Both the position numbers and the translations under genes were made by a program. From assembly GCF_009914755.1 (NCBI RefSeq), contig NC_060929.1: 64,000 nt of DNA. The stretch is one strand, 5' to 3'. This document shows positions 13,400 to 30,919 of the stretch, piece after piece (within the stretch, counting starts at the first letter, position 1; every line of letters starts with the position of its first letter). Source of the DNA: the human T2T-CHM13v2.0 reference genome, Homo sapiens. Under the pieces are notes generated by a model. That model was not told the origin of the DNA. It ran no database searches and was given only the letters and a program-made list of their open reading frames with translations.

Positions 13400-13660
13400 G
13401 CTGCTGCTCTAATTTTAAATTTTCTAGTGGCCACATAAAAAAATTTCAAAGGACAAAATTAATTTTAATAATATGTTTTATTTAACACAATATACCCAAA
13501 ACATTATAATTTCAGCATGCATTCAATACAAAAATTATTATTGATATATTTTTTATTCTTTCTTTTGTCATACTAAATCTGGTATATATTTTACCCTTAC
13601 AAGACACCTCAAATGCTCAATAGCCCACATGTACCTACTGGCTACTCTATTAGCATAGCT
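13400..13660. mobile_element. MER33 (hAT-Charlie)
   Basis: aattttaaattttctagtggccacat...aaattaattttaataatat...aatgctcaatagcc. Confidence 0.75.
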
Positions 13661-15119
13661 TAGAGAGATATAGAGACTACCATTGACTTTTTAAAAACAG
13701 TTTATTTTGAACTAATTATAGGTTCACAAGATGACGAGAAAAGAGGAGTAAGGCCCTGGATACCCTTCATTCTGTTTCCAGTAATACTGATATCTTACAT
13801 AACTGTAGTACAATAAGAAAACCAGAAAATTTATTCTGGTCTGTCATTGCCTTTTAAACACAGCCTTTTCTACCCTATATACCTAGATTTCTCTGAGCTC
13901 ACAAGTTGAATAAGGTCTTTCTTCTCCTATGGAAATAAATGAATAATAAGATAGAGAGATAGGCTAAAGCTATTTCATTCCAGTTTGCTTTCTCCTAGAG
14001 TGTATAGCAGATGTCACCTTCCACTTATAAAATAAAGATCTTTTCCATCTACCCACTGCAGTGTATTATACTCTTCCTTATTTTAGATAGTTTTGCTTTT
14101 GCTAATGTGGTAACAAGATCCTGGGATATAGAAAAAGTCACTCTTTTCTATAGCTCTCACACATACATTGGTTTGCACAGAGAAGATGCTCAGTGAGTAT
14201 TTATTGAGCTAGATTCTTGACATAATCCAACTGTTATGTGAAAGGCATTTGTTATTCACATTTTCAAGCTACTCAACTGTTGCATGCCTGAAAGGAAAAT
14301 GACATAACCTTTGAATAAGTTTGATGGATTGCTTTTCTCAGGCAAGAAAGATTGTACTTTGATTTACAGGGCACACGTAAATTAGCCAGTACGGAATATT
14401 TTATCAATCTAAAGATACAAGTTCTTTGCTTAACTTTGTTTTAATTAGAATTAAGTCTTTGAATACTTGTCATCCATTCCATGGATAGTTTTATTGACTT
14501 TAACATCTCTACACTTCAAAAAGAGAAAAGCAGAGATGCAAAGACCTCCTAGGCAAACTAGCCTATATGATTATTCCGCTAATAATTGGTGCATAGATAC
14601 AAACCATTGCTTTATCATCCCAATTCCTGCAGCCTAGATATGTTTAAACAGCTCCAAAAGCTACACATAGATTAAAACCCAAGTACCTCAGCTCTGTGAT
14701 TAGCTGTATGTCTAGATTCTGGGCAAGGCCTTGACTACAGGAGACACAAAAAATGCATGTTGAATAAATGAATGAATAATGTTGTCATTCATGCTATCAC
14801 TGAGTATGCGTAGGATCTAAGGATAGATTGTCTGAGCTGGAGGATATTGGTTGTCTATAGAGAGCTTCCAGAGTAGACATTCATCAAGAAATGTCACCAG
14901 TTGAGCAATATTACCCTGCAACAGCCCTCCAGAGGCTGTGCAAAAAACCCTGAGATATCTAGAGCTAATCCCTATCACTTTCATTCTTTTTACCCAGGAA
15001 TATCTTTAAGTCAGAGCTTGGAGTTCTGATTATTGCTGTGTTTCAGGAGTGCTCAAAGTCTACACAATAAATATCAACATGTCTTTATATCCTTTCTTAC
15101 CATTTATCTAAATATAACT

Positions 15120-15620
15120 CCCACCTGCCAGCTAGCACCTCCTTTATCCTTTGACAGAAACCAGGGAATCACCGATTGTTCTCTTTCACTTATTTCCCCA
15201 CATCCAATTTAATGTCCAATCATTTTCATTCTGACTCTAAAACATCCCTGCAATCTGTCTACTTCTCTTTCATGGGGCCACCACTCATCTCCAACTTGAA
15301 AGATTACAGGGGTGCCCACAGTGCCTCATATTTCCAATCTTTAAGCTGTCCATTTGAAGGGTGCAAATGTGATCATGTCACTTCCCTGTTTCAAACCCTT
15401 CAGTGTCTTCTCACCAGTAACTGAGCTACATCTTCAGTCTGTCTTCAAAAGCCTGGAATTGTCTGGATGCAGTCTGCCTCTCTAGGTTCATCTCTCCCAC
15501 TGTCTGTTCCCGTACTATACTCACACTGAACTTTCTTCAGATCTCCAAAAGGAACATGATTGTCCTTCTCATGTCCTTTACACATGTTGTTCTCTCTTAT
15601 TGAAATACTGTTTTTTATTC
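15120..15620 (+). mobile_element. L2 fragment
   Basis: gcaaatgtgatcatgtcacttccctgtttcaaacccttcagtg. Confidence 0.7.
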
Positions 15621-16369
15621 TGGTTTCAGGTAGCTAATAATTATTTATCAAAGCAATAAACTATATGTTTTTATCATTTTCAATGCCCATGTTTTTCTTT
15701 CTCTCAGAGACCACATTTTGCTTCATCCTAAAACTCTTCTATCTTTATATAGTGTTAATGATAATCACTTATATGTGTCAGATGATAGGAAACATGGCAC
15801 TGGAGGAAGCTGAAGTTATGGCATGGGGAGACACATTTATCTGATGTAACAAAATTATACTCAATAGGAAGTTAAATTCTGAGTTTTAATGCCAGGGTCT
15901 GCCCTTACGTAGTTATATAAACTTCAGCCAGTTACTTCCTCCCTATGGGTCTTAATTTACCTTTGTGTAAACTGTAAAGTAGAGAAACTTTAAATGACCA
16001 CCCAGAGCTGATGTTCTGTCTCGAAGGGCTTCCCAAGAGGAAACCATAATAGCTGATCCTTCTGCCCAGAAAAATGCATGCGTGTGTGTGCATGACACTG
16101 ACAATTTTGCTTAGAATTTTAAGTTAGGAAGCATTGCTTCAAATGAAATTTACAGGTATTTCTAAGAACACTTCTGGGAAAATTTTTGAAAGAGCTGAAG
16201 TCTGATTTTTATTTCATTTCGCCCTTTAATTTGCTTTCTTTTTATGGGTGCTTGGATCACTCTCCATTTTGATATAAAATCTCTCCAATATTTCTCAGTT
16301 GCCAAAATATATTACTTTTCCAGGAGACAGAAACATTCCAAAAGAAATTTAAAAGCCTAGTGATTATGT

Positions 16370-16620
16370 AATAATATTAATGATGGTTAATACATGGTGA
16401 ACGCTCAGTAAATGCCAAGCATTGTTGTAAGTACCATCCTTGAATTATTTAATTATTACATTTCTACTGCCTCATAGTATTTTTAAGATGGATCCTAGTA
16501 TTGTTCTAATTCTTAAGATGTAAAAATAAAAGTACAGATAACTAATTTCCCCAATAATATTACAAGTTTGGTAAGTAGCAGAGTCACAAATCCAAGTATT
16601 CTGGTTCTGAGTTTTGTTCG
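16370..16620 (-). mobile_element. MIR SINE
   Basis: Antisense MIR (gtgccaagcatt-like; gtaagtagcagagtc). Confidence 0.55.
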
Positions 16621-16949
16621 TAAAAGGCTTCATTAGCAATCAAAGAAAATTAGTTAACACAGTGATATGCTCTGTTGCCTGTAATATTAGTTATGTTTTA
16701 AAGCTAGTATTATTGCTACTGGTAAGGTAAATGAATACTCTCACCCACTTCTGGCTTGAGTATTAGCTGGAGAAGCCATCCTAAAGAAATTTGACAATAT
16801 CTACTAATAACATTAGAAACATTTATATTTCAATTTAACAATTTTATTTTGGTCATTTATTTTAGTAATCAAATGATACCATAAAGTGCTTATGAATAAA
16901 TAATTTATAGAAGACTAAAACTGGAGATAATTGTAATATTTTAAAATAT

Positions 16950-18450
<1,501 letters not shown>

Positions 18451-19032
18451 GCACTAAAAAAAGAGCATGTAAAATATGAAATGGCTGAACATTGGAGTAA
18501 CTCGAAGAGTATTAATTATATTATATTCAAGCTTTGCTTTCAGTAAATATTTGGTGCCATGGGAAATGCTTATGCTATAATCTTAAGTGGGAAAATAAAG
18601 GAAGATTCACAATTTATCCTATGATTTCAAATCTGTAAGAGAAAAAGTATATGTTTATATGTGTATAGAAATGAATATTTGTATATTCACATACCCATTC
18701 ATCAAAAAAAGACTGCAAGAAAATTTACTAGAATATGAAAGGTGACTATCTCTGGATGAGAAAGTTATGTTAAACTTTATGTTTTTACATTATTTGGTAA
18801 CTTTACAAAATATGGAAGAATGGTCTTCATAATTAGGTGAAAATAGAAGCATTCTTTTTATAACATCTTAACTGTCCAGAGTCCCATTTCCTCAGAGTCA
18901 CTTTAGAGCTTATCATAAAAGTTAATTGAATCCTAAGACTAACAGTGGCACAATATGCTATTTATCCAAGATCATGTGGATGAAGATAATACTTTAGTCT
19001 TAAGCCAAATAATTTTATATACAGTTTGAGTG

Positions 19033-19531
19033 TGTAGTAGGCTAAATAATGAACCCCCTAAGATGTTGATATCTTAATCCATGGAACCTGTGATGATGTG
19101 AACTTACATGGCAAAAGGGATTTTACAGATGTGATTAAGTTAAAGATTTTTAAAAGGAGGGATTATCCTGGATTATCTGGGTTGGCCCAATGTAATCACA
19201 AGAGTCCTTATAAAGAGGAAGCAGTAGTATTACAGTCAAAGAGAAGGTGACATGATGTCAGAAGAAAGAGAAATCTGAAGATGCTCCTCTGCTGACAGTG
19301 AGGTAGAGGGATGGGTAGAGATAAGGGATTCAGGTGGTCTCCAGAAACTGTAAAGGGCAAGAAAATGAGTTTTTACCTGGAGCCTCCAGAAGGATCTAAC
19401 TCTAACAACGATCAGTCTGGTAAGACTGATTTTGGAATTCTGATCTCCAGAACTGTAAGATAATACATATGGATTGTTTTAAGCAAGTAGGTTTTGGGAA
19501 TTTCTTATTGGCAGCAATAGAAATTAATATA
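19033..19531 (+). mobile_element. MLT1D MaLR solo LTR
   Basis: tgtagtaggctaaataatg...ttacatggcaaaagggattttacagatgtgattaag...gcagcaatagaaattaatata. Confidence 0.85.
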
Positions 19532-20371
19532 GGGAAAAGTTGATATCTTGAGTTTGGACAGAATTTCATTGTTCAAATATACATACCATGTACATAGCCA
19601 CCTGTGGTAAATCAAGGAAATTCTGAAAAATTTGTGAAGAGTCGAGAGATAATCAGACTCTTTGATATCATCTTTGGTTTATCCTTTAGTACCAGTGAAG
19701 GTCTTCAAAGCAGCTCCTATTTACCTCCCCAACCTTCAGATAGATGGATAATGGCACAGAGAACTCTATATGCTGGCCAAAATAGATACAGCCCCTATCC
19801 CTAGACCCAGAATGCTTAAATTTTGGGAGGACTGTATACATCATTGAGAATCTGATAAAAGCTCTGCTAGGAAAAATATACATTCACAAATTTTTGCACA
19901 TAATTTTAAATGTCTCAGAAAATTCCCTAAAGCCAAACTATGTTAATATTAAGTGGGGAAATGAAGGAAGATGAATCCTGGCTGAATAACTTCTGCTCTG
20001 ATGGCAAGAAATGAATCTCTTTCTAACTCACGTGGTCACATCAAAGAATTGCCTCTTAGAACAGCAGCACTAAATCCAGCAAGCTTAATAACAACAACAG
20101 CTTGAGGTGCAGCTACATCTGGCTGTGCCTAGAACCTGCTTCTGCAGGGCCTGAAATTGTGGACAGGCCTGAGATTAGAAGCATGTTCTATTTCATCAAT
20201 TGCTATGGTTTAGAATAGGAGTAACCACTTGGTTTTCTTTTTTGTGAAAATAATGTTTTAAGTTAAACAGATGGTATGTTCAATCCATTCTACATGCCCT
20301 GCCAGGTGGGTCTTTCTCCATCATTGCATTGCTTTAGCCTGTGTTTTCTTCAAGAATATTAGGCAACCCTT

Positions 20372-21226
20372 CACTGTTCACTTTCTTTTTCTGTTGTATA
20401 TTTGCCATATTCTAGTGTAAGAGTGATGCTGGCTTTGTAGAATGAGTCAGGAAGGAGTCTCTCCTTGATTTTTTAGAATAATGTCAGTAGGACTGGTACC
20501 CATTCTTAGTTCTTAGTATGTTTGGTAGAATTTGGCTGTGAATCCATATGGCCCAGGACTTTCTTTGATTGGTAGGATTTTCATTACTGATTCAATTTCA
20601 GAACTCAATATTGGTCTATTTAGAGTTTTGATTTCTTCCTGATTCAGTCTTGAGAGGTTGTATATTTCCAGGATTTTATCCATTTCCTATAGATTTTCTA
20701 GCTTACATGCATAGAGGGGTTCATAATAGTAAGTGAGGATATTTTGTATTTCTCTAGGATTGGTTGTAGCATCACCTTTGTTTTTCTGATTTCGCTTATT
20801 TGGATCTTCTCTCTTTTATTCTTTATTAATTTAACTAATGATCTAACTAGCAATCTTGTTTATCCTTTAAAAAACAGCTTTTGGTTTTGTTGACACTTTG
20901 TATGCATTTTGGGGTCTCAATTTTATTCAGTTATCCTCTGATTTTGGTTATTTCTTTTTTTATAGTTTTGGGGTTAGTTTGTTCTTATCTTCTACGTGTT
21001 CTTCTACGTGTGATGTTACATTGTGAATTTAAGAGCTTTCTAACTTCTTTATGTAGGCACTTAGCACTATTAACTTTCTCCTTAACACTTTTAGCTGCAT
21101 CCCTGAAATTTTGGTATGCCATGATCTTCATTTGTTTCATTCAATATTTTGGTATTTTCATTTATTTCAAATCATTTTTTGATTTCTGCCTTAATTTTAC
21201 TGTTTAACCAAAAGTCATTCAGGAGG
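20372..21226 (-). mobile_element. L1P (L1PB-like) ORF2 fragment
   Basis: tggtagaatttggctgtgaatcca...ggatcttctctctttt...aaaagtcattcaggag, antisense ORF2. Confidence 0.85.
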
Positions 21227-21228
21227 TA

Positions 21229-21545
21229 GTAGGCCATTATCCTACCTGATTTAACACCGGAACAGAAACCAAATACCTTGTGTTCTCACTTATAAGTAAG
21301 AGCTAAATATTGAGTATACACAAACGTAAAGATGGGAACAGTAGACACTGATAAATACTAAAGGGAGAAGGGTGGGAAGTGGAGGAAGCTTGAAAAATTA
21401 TATATCAAGTACTATGCTCACTACCTGAGTGACCAAATCTTTTGCACTCCAAACTTCAGCAACACAAAATTTATCCATGTAATGAACATGTACACGTAAC
21501 CCCTGAAACTAAAATGAAGGTTGAAAAATAAATGAATAAAAAATA
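21229..21545 (+). mobile_element. L1PB 3' end
   Basis: gttctcacttataagt...tactatgctcactacctg...3' terminus with A-rich tail. Confidence 0.8.
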
Positions 21546-22194
21546 TTTACATTGCTTTAAGCAATGGATAAGAATGCTAGCTTCATTACATTCTTACTAG
21601 CATTCACAATTATAAATTTTATTATCATTAAACATTGCATTTGTGTGATAGTGATATCATAGATTATGTGATTTTGTGAACTTTATCCTCAGGTCTATGA
21701 GGAATTATTTTTTAATCCTAACAAAACAAAGGAAAGATGCCTATTGTCCAAATATATTTATCTTAAGTTTCTAATTGAGGATGTATAGAAGTTTGGTACT
21801 TTTCATGGCTAGTGATTCTATAGAAAGACTGTTATTAAATTGTTAGGGCATGGGGGAAAACAAAGAAAAAATATGCAAAACATATAAACAAGGCAAAAGA
21901 ATTACTGAATGTCCTTTCAAAGTTATATTGCAGCATTGTCTAACCAGCCTGCACAAAGATTATTTTATTCTATAGGATGACATACCTTTGTTTCACATGC
22001 TACTTTTTAAAACAGTTTTATTAAGATATCATTGATATAAAATTGTGTATATTTAAGGTGCATAAGTTGATGTTTTGATATACATATAATGTGAAATGAT
22101 CATCACATTCTAGCTAACATGTATATATATACACACACGTATATATAGATGTAGAATATATACATATCACGTATATATAGATGTGGTATATATA

Positions 22195-22198
<4 letters not shown>

Positions 22199-22242
<44 letters not shown>
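22199..22242. repeat. (TG)n microsatellite, about 22 units, preceded by a TA-rich compound repeat
   Basis: Read directly. Confidence 0.95.
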
Positions 22243-22244
<2 letters not shown>

Positions 22245-22381
22245 TAAAATAGCTTAATAGCTATGCTGTTAGCAAATTTCATGTATATAATAAAATATTG
22301 TTAACTATCATCACCATGCTGTATTTTAGATCTCTAGAACCTTTATCTGAAACTTTATGTCCTTTGGCCAACAGCACCTTA

Positions 22382-22756
22382 TGGTATGGTTTGGCTCTGT
22401 GTTCCCACCCAAATCTCATGTTGAATTATAATTTTCAGTTTAGGGGAGGGAGCTGTTGGAAGGTGATTGGATCATGGGGGCAGATATTCCCCTTTCTGTT
22501 CTCATCTTAGTGAGTGAGATATCACAAGATTTGGTTGTTTTACAGTGGGTAGCACTTCCCCCTTTGCTCTCTCCTGCTCTGCCATGGTATGATGTGCTTG
22601 CTTCCCCTTTGCTTTCACCATGATTGTAAGTTTCTTGAGGCATCCCAGCCATGCTTCCTGTACAGCCTATGGAACTGTGAGTCAATGAACCTTTTTCCTA
22701 ATAAATTACCCAGTCTCAAGTAGTTCTTTATAGCAGTGTGAGAACAGACTAATACA
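22382..22756 (+). mobile_element. MSTA-like MaLR solo LTR
   Basis: tggtatggtttggctctgtgttcccacccaaatctcatgttgaatt...gcagtgtgagaacagactaataca. Confidence 0.85.
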
Positions 22757-22829
22757 TTTCATTTCCTCCTTCCGTCGTCCCCTGGAAATCACCATTTTCC
22801 TCTCTGCTTCTACAATAGGTTTTTCCTTT

Positions 22830-24880
<2,051 letters not shown>

Positions 24881-27169
24881 TTATGACTATTTCTTCTCAT
24901 TTCCTCCCTCTGTTTTCTTACACTCCATCTTCCTGAACTTCTCTTTCTCTTCTTCTTCCTCCTGGTTCTCATTATCCTCTTTCTGCTAATCCTCTACCAA
25001 ACTCCCTTTACTTTATATGCAGGGGGTGATTTTTCTTTGAATTACCACAATCTTAAAGTTATGCAGGCTGCCTCTTGAAAAGTCATTCTATTCTGGCACC
25101 TTATGGGTCGATGTCCCTGCAAAAAGTTTATAAAATCTTCAAAACCAGGTATCAAGACACACGCCCATTGGCATATTCAACATGTTGGGTAGTTTTTGCT
25201 GCAAGGAATTATCCTTCCTAATATTAGCAGGATAATGCATAAGATTAGGAGAATTCTATTTAGAATGTAGACAACTGAGGAATTCACTTTTATAAGGAAT
25301 TCACTTCCATAAAATGACAGAGAAGGTTAGGCAGATTACAAAGTCTAATTGCAAAGGCCAACCTACTGCTGTTATACCAATAAAAAAAGAAGTCTGGATT
25401 TTCATATCTTCTTTGCATTAAAGGGCTTGCGCAAATAACTTTATTACTGATCCTAGGATGCCCCTTCCACAGAGATAATATGTGATGAAAGATCAACTTG
25501 AATAGCAGTAGTTTATTTTTCTTATGATGTTAAAGAAAAATCCAGGAGGCAGGCACTGCAGAATCCAGCGCTGAATCATAAATGACTGCGACACCTAAGC
25601 AGATCTTTTTTTTTGTTTATTCTCTATGACAAAAGCCTGTAACCATCTTCTAAATTTTGAATCACAATATATAATTACCTTATTTACTATTTTCTTATTT
25701 GTTGTCTATATTCGCACTGTATTGCAGACTCTCTGAAAGCAGGGACCTTGTCTATTACATTTTATGGTGTATCTCCTGACGTTGCATTGCCTGGCCCTAA
25801 CCTTGTGTTCTGCTGCTATTTGTTTAATGTATGCATGAATTAAATGGTTTCTTTTTTGTGGCTTACATATTTCAATTAGCTCCCAACACACCAACAAAAT
25901 CACTTCTACCACTATAAGAACCCAGCAAAGTAAGATTTTGATAGTATTATGGTGGAAATCTTTGCCAACTCAGGGATATTCATTTTCTGTGCCTTTTTCT
26001 AGTTTTTCATTTTGCCCTTGGTATTTTCTGATCTGTAGCCCTTGCTGATAGCATTGAAAAATTGGGCTTGCCTAGACATGATGATGCCTAAATCATAGCT
26101 TGGATCCTTCTTTCTGTTCAGTTTCAACATCCATCTGAATCTAAAAATTATATAGATTTTACACATCAACAAGGGTAATGTTAAAAGCATTCTAAGATAA
26201 TAATGGAACGCAGCCTATTGACAGGTGGCCCAGACAAGTCTAATATGTAAGAAAAAACAGAAGACTGAAACATAACTTTAAAAATGCCTTGATCCTAAAG
26301 AATAACAAGAACTGAATTATTATCAGAATAGTTTTGTCACCACTTAGGAAGCTAGCCCAATACCCCAATTCTAATACACTATTATCTTTTCATTATTTGA
26401 ATTCTCCAAAAACCGTTTTCTGATTTCTGTTTCTAAATTATGTTAGGTATACTAGACATTCTCTGATTCTACTAACATTCTGTGAACTTTCTGTCAAGGT
26501 TATAGTCAAGAGTAATTGATTGGTTTCATGCACAATACATTGCAGCAGCTCATTTACTCCTATGTCTCTAGTCTGTGAGCTCTGTAAAATCCCTTTTTTG
26601 TTTGAAATGTATCTTTGGCACCCATCACAGTGACTAACATATGGGAAGAAATCAATAAATATTTGAATTATTAAAAATTTTAATTTCATAGTCTTGAGTT
26701 CCCATACCTAGTACACATAAATCACCAATTAATAGGGCCATAGGATGTTACCATTGGGAAGGATTTCACAGCATTTTCTAGTTGAGCTCCTTCACTACGT
26801 ACATGAAGAAACTGAGGTACAACTAAGTATCTTAAACAAGTTTCACAAGTCACCTCTAAGAAGTGACTAATTGTGCCCTTTGATGTTCACAAACACCAAA
26901 ACTTGATAGAATGTATTTAATAATACAATCACAATGAATATAGTAGGATCTTTTCTCAGTAATTCTCCAGCCCTCAAACTTCTTGAGGTTTTTCTGAGTT
27001 CTTGTTAGGCATGATAATTTCTTGGAGAGATGTGCCAGTTAACAGAGTTTCCTGGATTTTTAGAATGTCAGATGACAGGGAGCTTCATTTTTTCTCTGGG
27101 TCAACAACAACCAAAAAGTGTATCTAATTTGAAATGCAGCCAGTGCTTCTGAGTTAATAGATTAAAGAC

Positions 27170-27400
27170 CTTATAATGTTTATTTTTCACTTATTTTGTG
27201 CCAGACATTTTTCAAAGTGCTTTATATGAACTAGCTCATGTAACCCTCATGGCTGTCCTGTAAAGTAGGTTTTATTATTATCATTTTTATTTTGCAGGCT
27301 GAGGAAATCAAAGGACAGAGAAGTTAAGCTAGGAAGTTAACTTCTGCAAGGTCACACAGCCAGCTAGAAGAAAAGTCAGGATATGAAACCAGACATAGCA
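27170..27400 (-). mobile_element. MIR SINE
   Basis: gtgccagacatt...aagtgctttat...caaggtcacacagc. Confidence 0.8.
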
Positions 27401-27476
27401 TTTAAAGACAACAGAGAAAGTGAAGTATTATCAATCTAGATGGAAGTCTCTCTTCCTAAATCATTTGCAAAGTGAA

Positions 27477-27570
27477 TCATCCAGAAACACCCTCACAGAC
27501 TCAACTGAATAATGTTTAATCAAATATCTGTGGACCCTGTGGCCCAGTCACATTGAAATATAAAATCATC
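27477..27570 (-). mobile_element. Isolated MLT2 LTR end fragment
   Basis: tcatccagaaacaccctcacagac...ccctgtggcccagtca. Confidence 0.8.
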
Positions 27571-28169
27571 TTTGGACTGCTGAATTATATGAGCTCATAG
27601 ATACTCTATTGTGATTAGGCCTGCTAGAGCTGGATTTTGTGGTACTTACCACCTCATTATTCCTAACTGATATAGTTTACATGTTGATTAAATAAGTCAT
27701 GTGTACACAGAGCTATGCCTAATACCTGGTATGTATCAATTATTCAACAATTTGTATTCAATATTATGCTAACCACGACTTTCTTTCTAGTATTTTAAGC
27801 ATTTCATTACTGCCTCTAAGCTGCTTTCTCAGGTTCTTAATCTCTCCAAAGCCCTCTTCGCCTATTAAAATCTTATCTACATTTTGCAGTCCACCTCTCC
27901 TTTTCTCCAATGACTTTGCCCAGATCCCGGGTCTCTAACCAGCCTAAATGAGACGCTTAGGGCCTCTTCTCCTGTGTTCACAGAGCACCTTTCTTCTGTA
28001 ACTTTACACATGGCATTGTAATTGATTCTTTGTCTCCCCATTCCTTGAGGACAAGGACATGTTTTCTATGGCTGTTTACAGACTCACAGATAGTAGACAC
28101 TAAATAAATCGAAGTTATCAAATTCAGTGAAGTTTCACTACGCAGACTTATCTTAGGAGTAATGCCCAT

Positions 28170-28613
28170 TGTATTAACCTAGGTTTTCCAGAGAAACGGA
28201 ACCAATACATACCTATCTGACTGTCTGTCTGTCTATCTATCTATCTAATAATAAATTGGCTCATGTAGTTGTGGAGGAGAGAGACGTTCTAGGATCTGTA
28301 ATCAACAAGATGGAGACTCAGAAGATCTGATGGTATAAGTTCTAGCTTGAGTCTGAGTCCAAAGGCAGAGAAAGACCAAAGTCCCAGCTTGAAAACCAAC
28401 AGACAGAATGAGGGAATTATCTCCTACCCAGGTTTTTAATGGATCAGATGAGACCCACCCACATTGGAGAGGGCAATCCGCTGTACTCAATCTTCAGATT
28501 CAAAGGTTAATCTCATCCAGAAACACTCTCACAGACTCAGCACAACAATGTTTAATCAACTATTTGTGCACCCTGTGGCCCAGTCAAATTGACACATAAA
28601 ATTAACCATCGCA
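28170..28613 (-). mobile_element. MLT2 (ERVL) solo LTR
   Basis: TG...CA termini; 5-bp TSD CCCAT at 28165-28169 and 28614-28618; internal (TCTA)n. Confidence 0.9.
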
Positions 28614-29920
28614 CCCATGGAGAGTGAATAGAAAGAACTCAAGAAAGCCTCCCTGGTATATCAGAATCATATTAATAATTCATCCCTAAGTAGCATAGGA
28701 ACAACAAAGCAGAGGCAGTTTTTCTAACTAACTACATATTTCTGAAAATAACAAGGGATTGGTTGACTGGAAGTTACGTATTAAGCTATAATATATCAGA
28801 GTCTCTTGTAATGGTTCGTAAAACCTTGATTTTTTTGGTTAGAAAAATATTTCCTCACTTCCTCATCCTAATGCCCCATATTTAAAACTCATTTTTCAAG
28901 TATTGCCGAGCTTAGAATCCAACGAGAGCCTCCCAACCCACCCATGAGGAGTTTTTTCATCATTTCTGCCAGTGATCAGAGGAAAGGCTTGAAGTTTTAG
29001 GGAAGGGTGGGGGTTGCTGGGGGACTCCTTGCCCTGGCTGTCTCAGCAGACAGAACTTCAGGCCAAATGTTTTCTTTTAATCCTCAAGTTGAAAGTAATT
29101 TCCACATTCTGTGAAAGGACCAGAGATAAGACTGAAGTGAGGTGTTCCGTGAGGGAATGAACAACCTCCTACAAGAGGGCTTTCCAAGGAGACTGATTAG
29201 GTCTCTTGTATTGTTCAAGAGGAAAAAGGAGAGCAGAAAGGCATTTGATGCAGAACTCGAGCAGAGCCTCTCTGGGATCAAAAATGCTTCTATCCATTTA
29301 CTCAGACTCTTAAGGTCAACTTCAAAACTCTGCTTCCGAAAGAAAAGCTGGAGTATAGGAGACTCCTCTCCCCTGTGTCCTGTGAAGCTGGACAGCCTGG
29401 AGCTTCCTCGTTTCATTGTACTGAGCTGGGGATAAGAAACAGGAAACAAGGACAATGCCCTTTTCCAAATCCAAGGAGTGTGAGAAGGTCATCAAATATA
29501 AATATTTCAGTTCCAAATGATAATCACTTAGTTTTGGATTTCTAAAACCAATGCTGTTAATCACTATACAACATCTCTAGTCTTAGTAGAGATTTTTTTT
29601 GTTTTTTGTTGCTTGTTTGTTTATATTACCATATTGTGTTGTAGTTAAGAATCTCTGCTTACTCAGACTTTCTTACCCGAAACACAAGGTTTTCAGCAAT
29701 GTTATTTCCACATCTAACGTGATTTCAGGGAAGCCTTTTGATTTGAAATAATTTTATAATATCACCATAGCAACTTATGTAAATGTGCAGTTACTAAGAA
29801 TGTAAATCCACAGCTGAACTATTAGGAAGAAAAAACTTTAAGATATACAGTTAGCATTAAATAAAAACAGAATTGTGTTTTATAGGGATGATGGTACAAG
29901 AAGTGTTAAAAGTGAATCAG

Positions 29921-30204
<284 letters not shown>

Positions 30205-30208
30205 TCTG

Positions 30209-30210
<2 letters not shown>

Positions 30211-30252
<42 letters not shown>

Positions 30253-30265
30253 ACACATATATATA
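30211..30265. repeat. (CA)n(TA)n microsatellite
   Basis: Read directly. Confidence 0.95.
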
Positions 30266-30266
30266 G

Positions 30267-30582
<316 letters not shown>

Positions 30583-30919
30583 TAATATGAGAAACTGCAA
30601 GGGAAATTCAATGCAATGCGACCGTTTTAAAAAATTCCTGAAGAAAATAGCGCTTGTGCAGCAATATAAGACAGGGTTGCAGGAGGAGTTTTCATATTAG
30701 AAGCAGGTTGAAAATGCACTGAGTGGGCATAGCTGTTGAATAATTCAAGTATTGATGAAAATGATCAATAACGGTATTGTCAGATTAGTCCCTTCCCCAG
30801 TCAAATGTGCCCAAATTGGGAGTTTCAAAACTAGGGAATTTTTCAAAAAACTATTAGAACTGAAAGCATTCTTAGAGGTCATTAACGATGCTTGACTCCG
30901 TTTTTCAGTAAATGAATAT

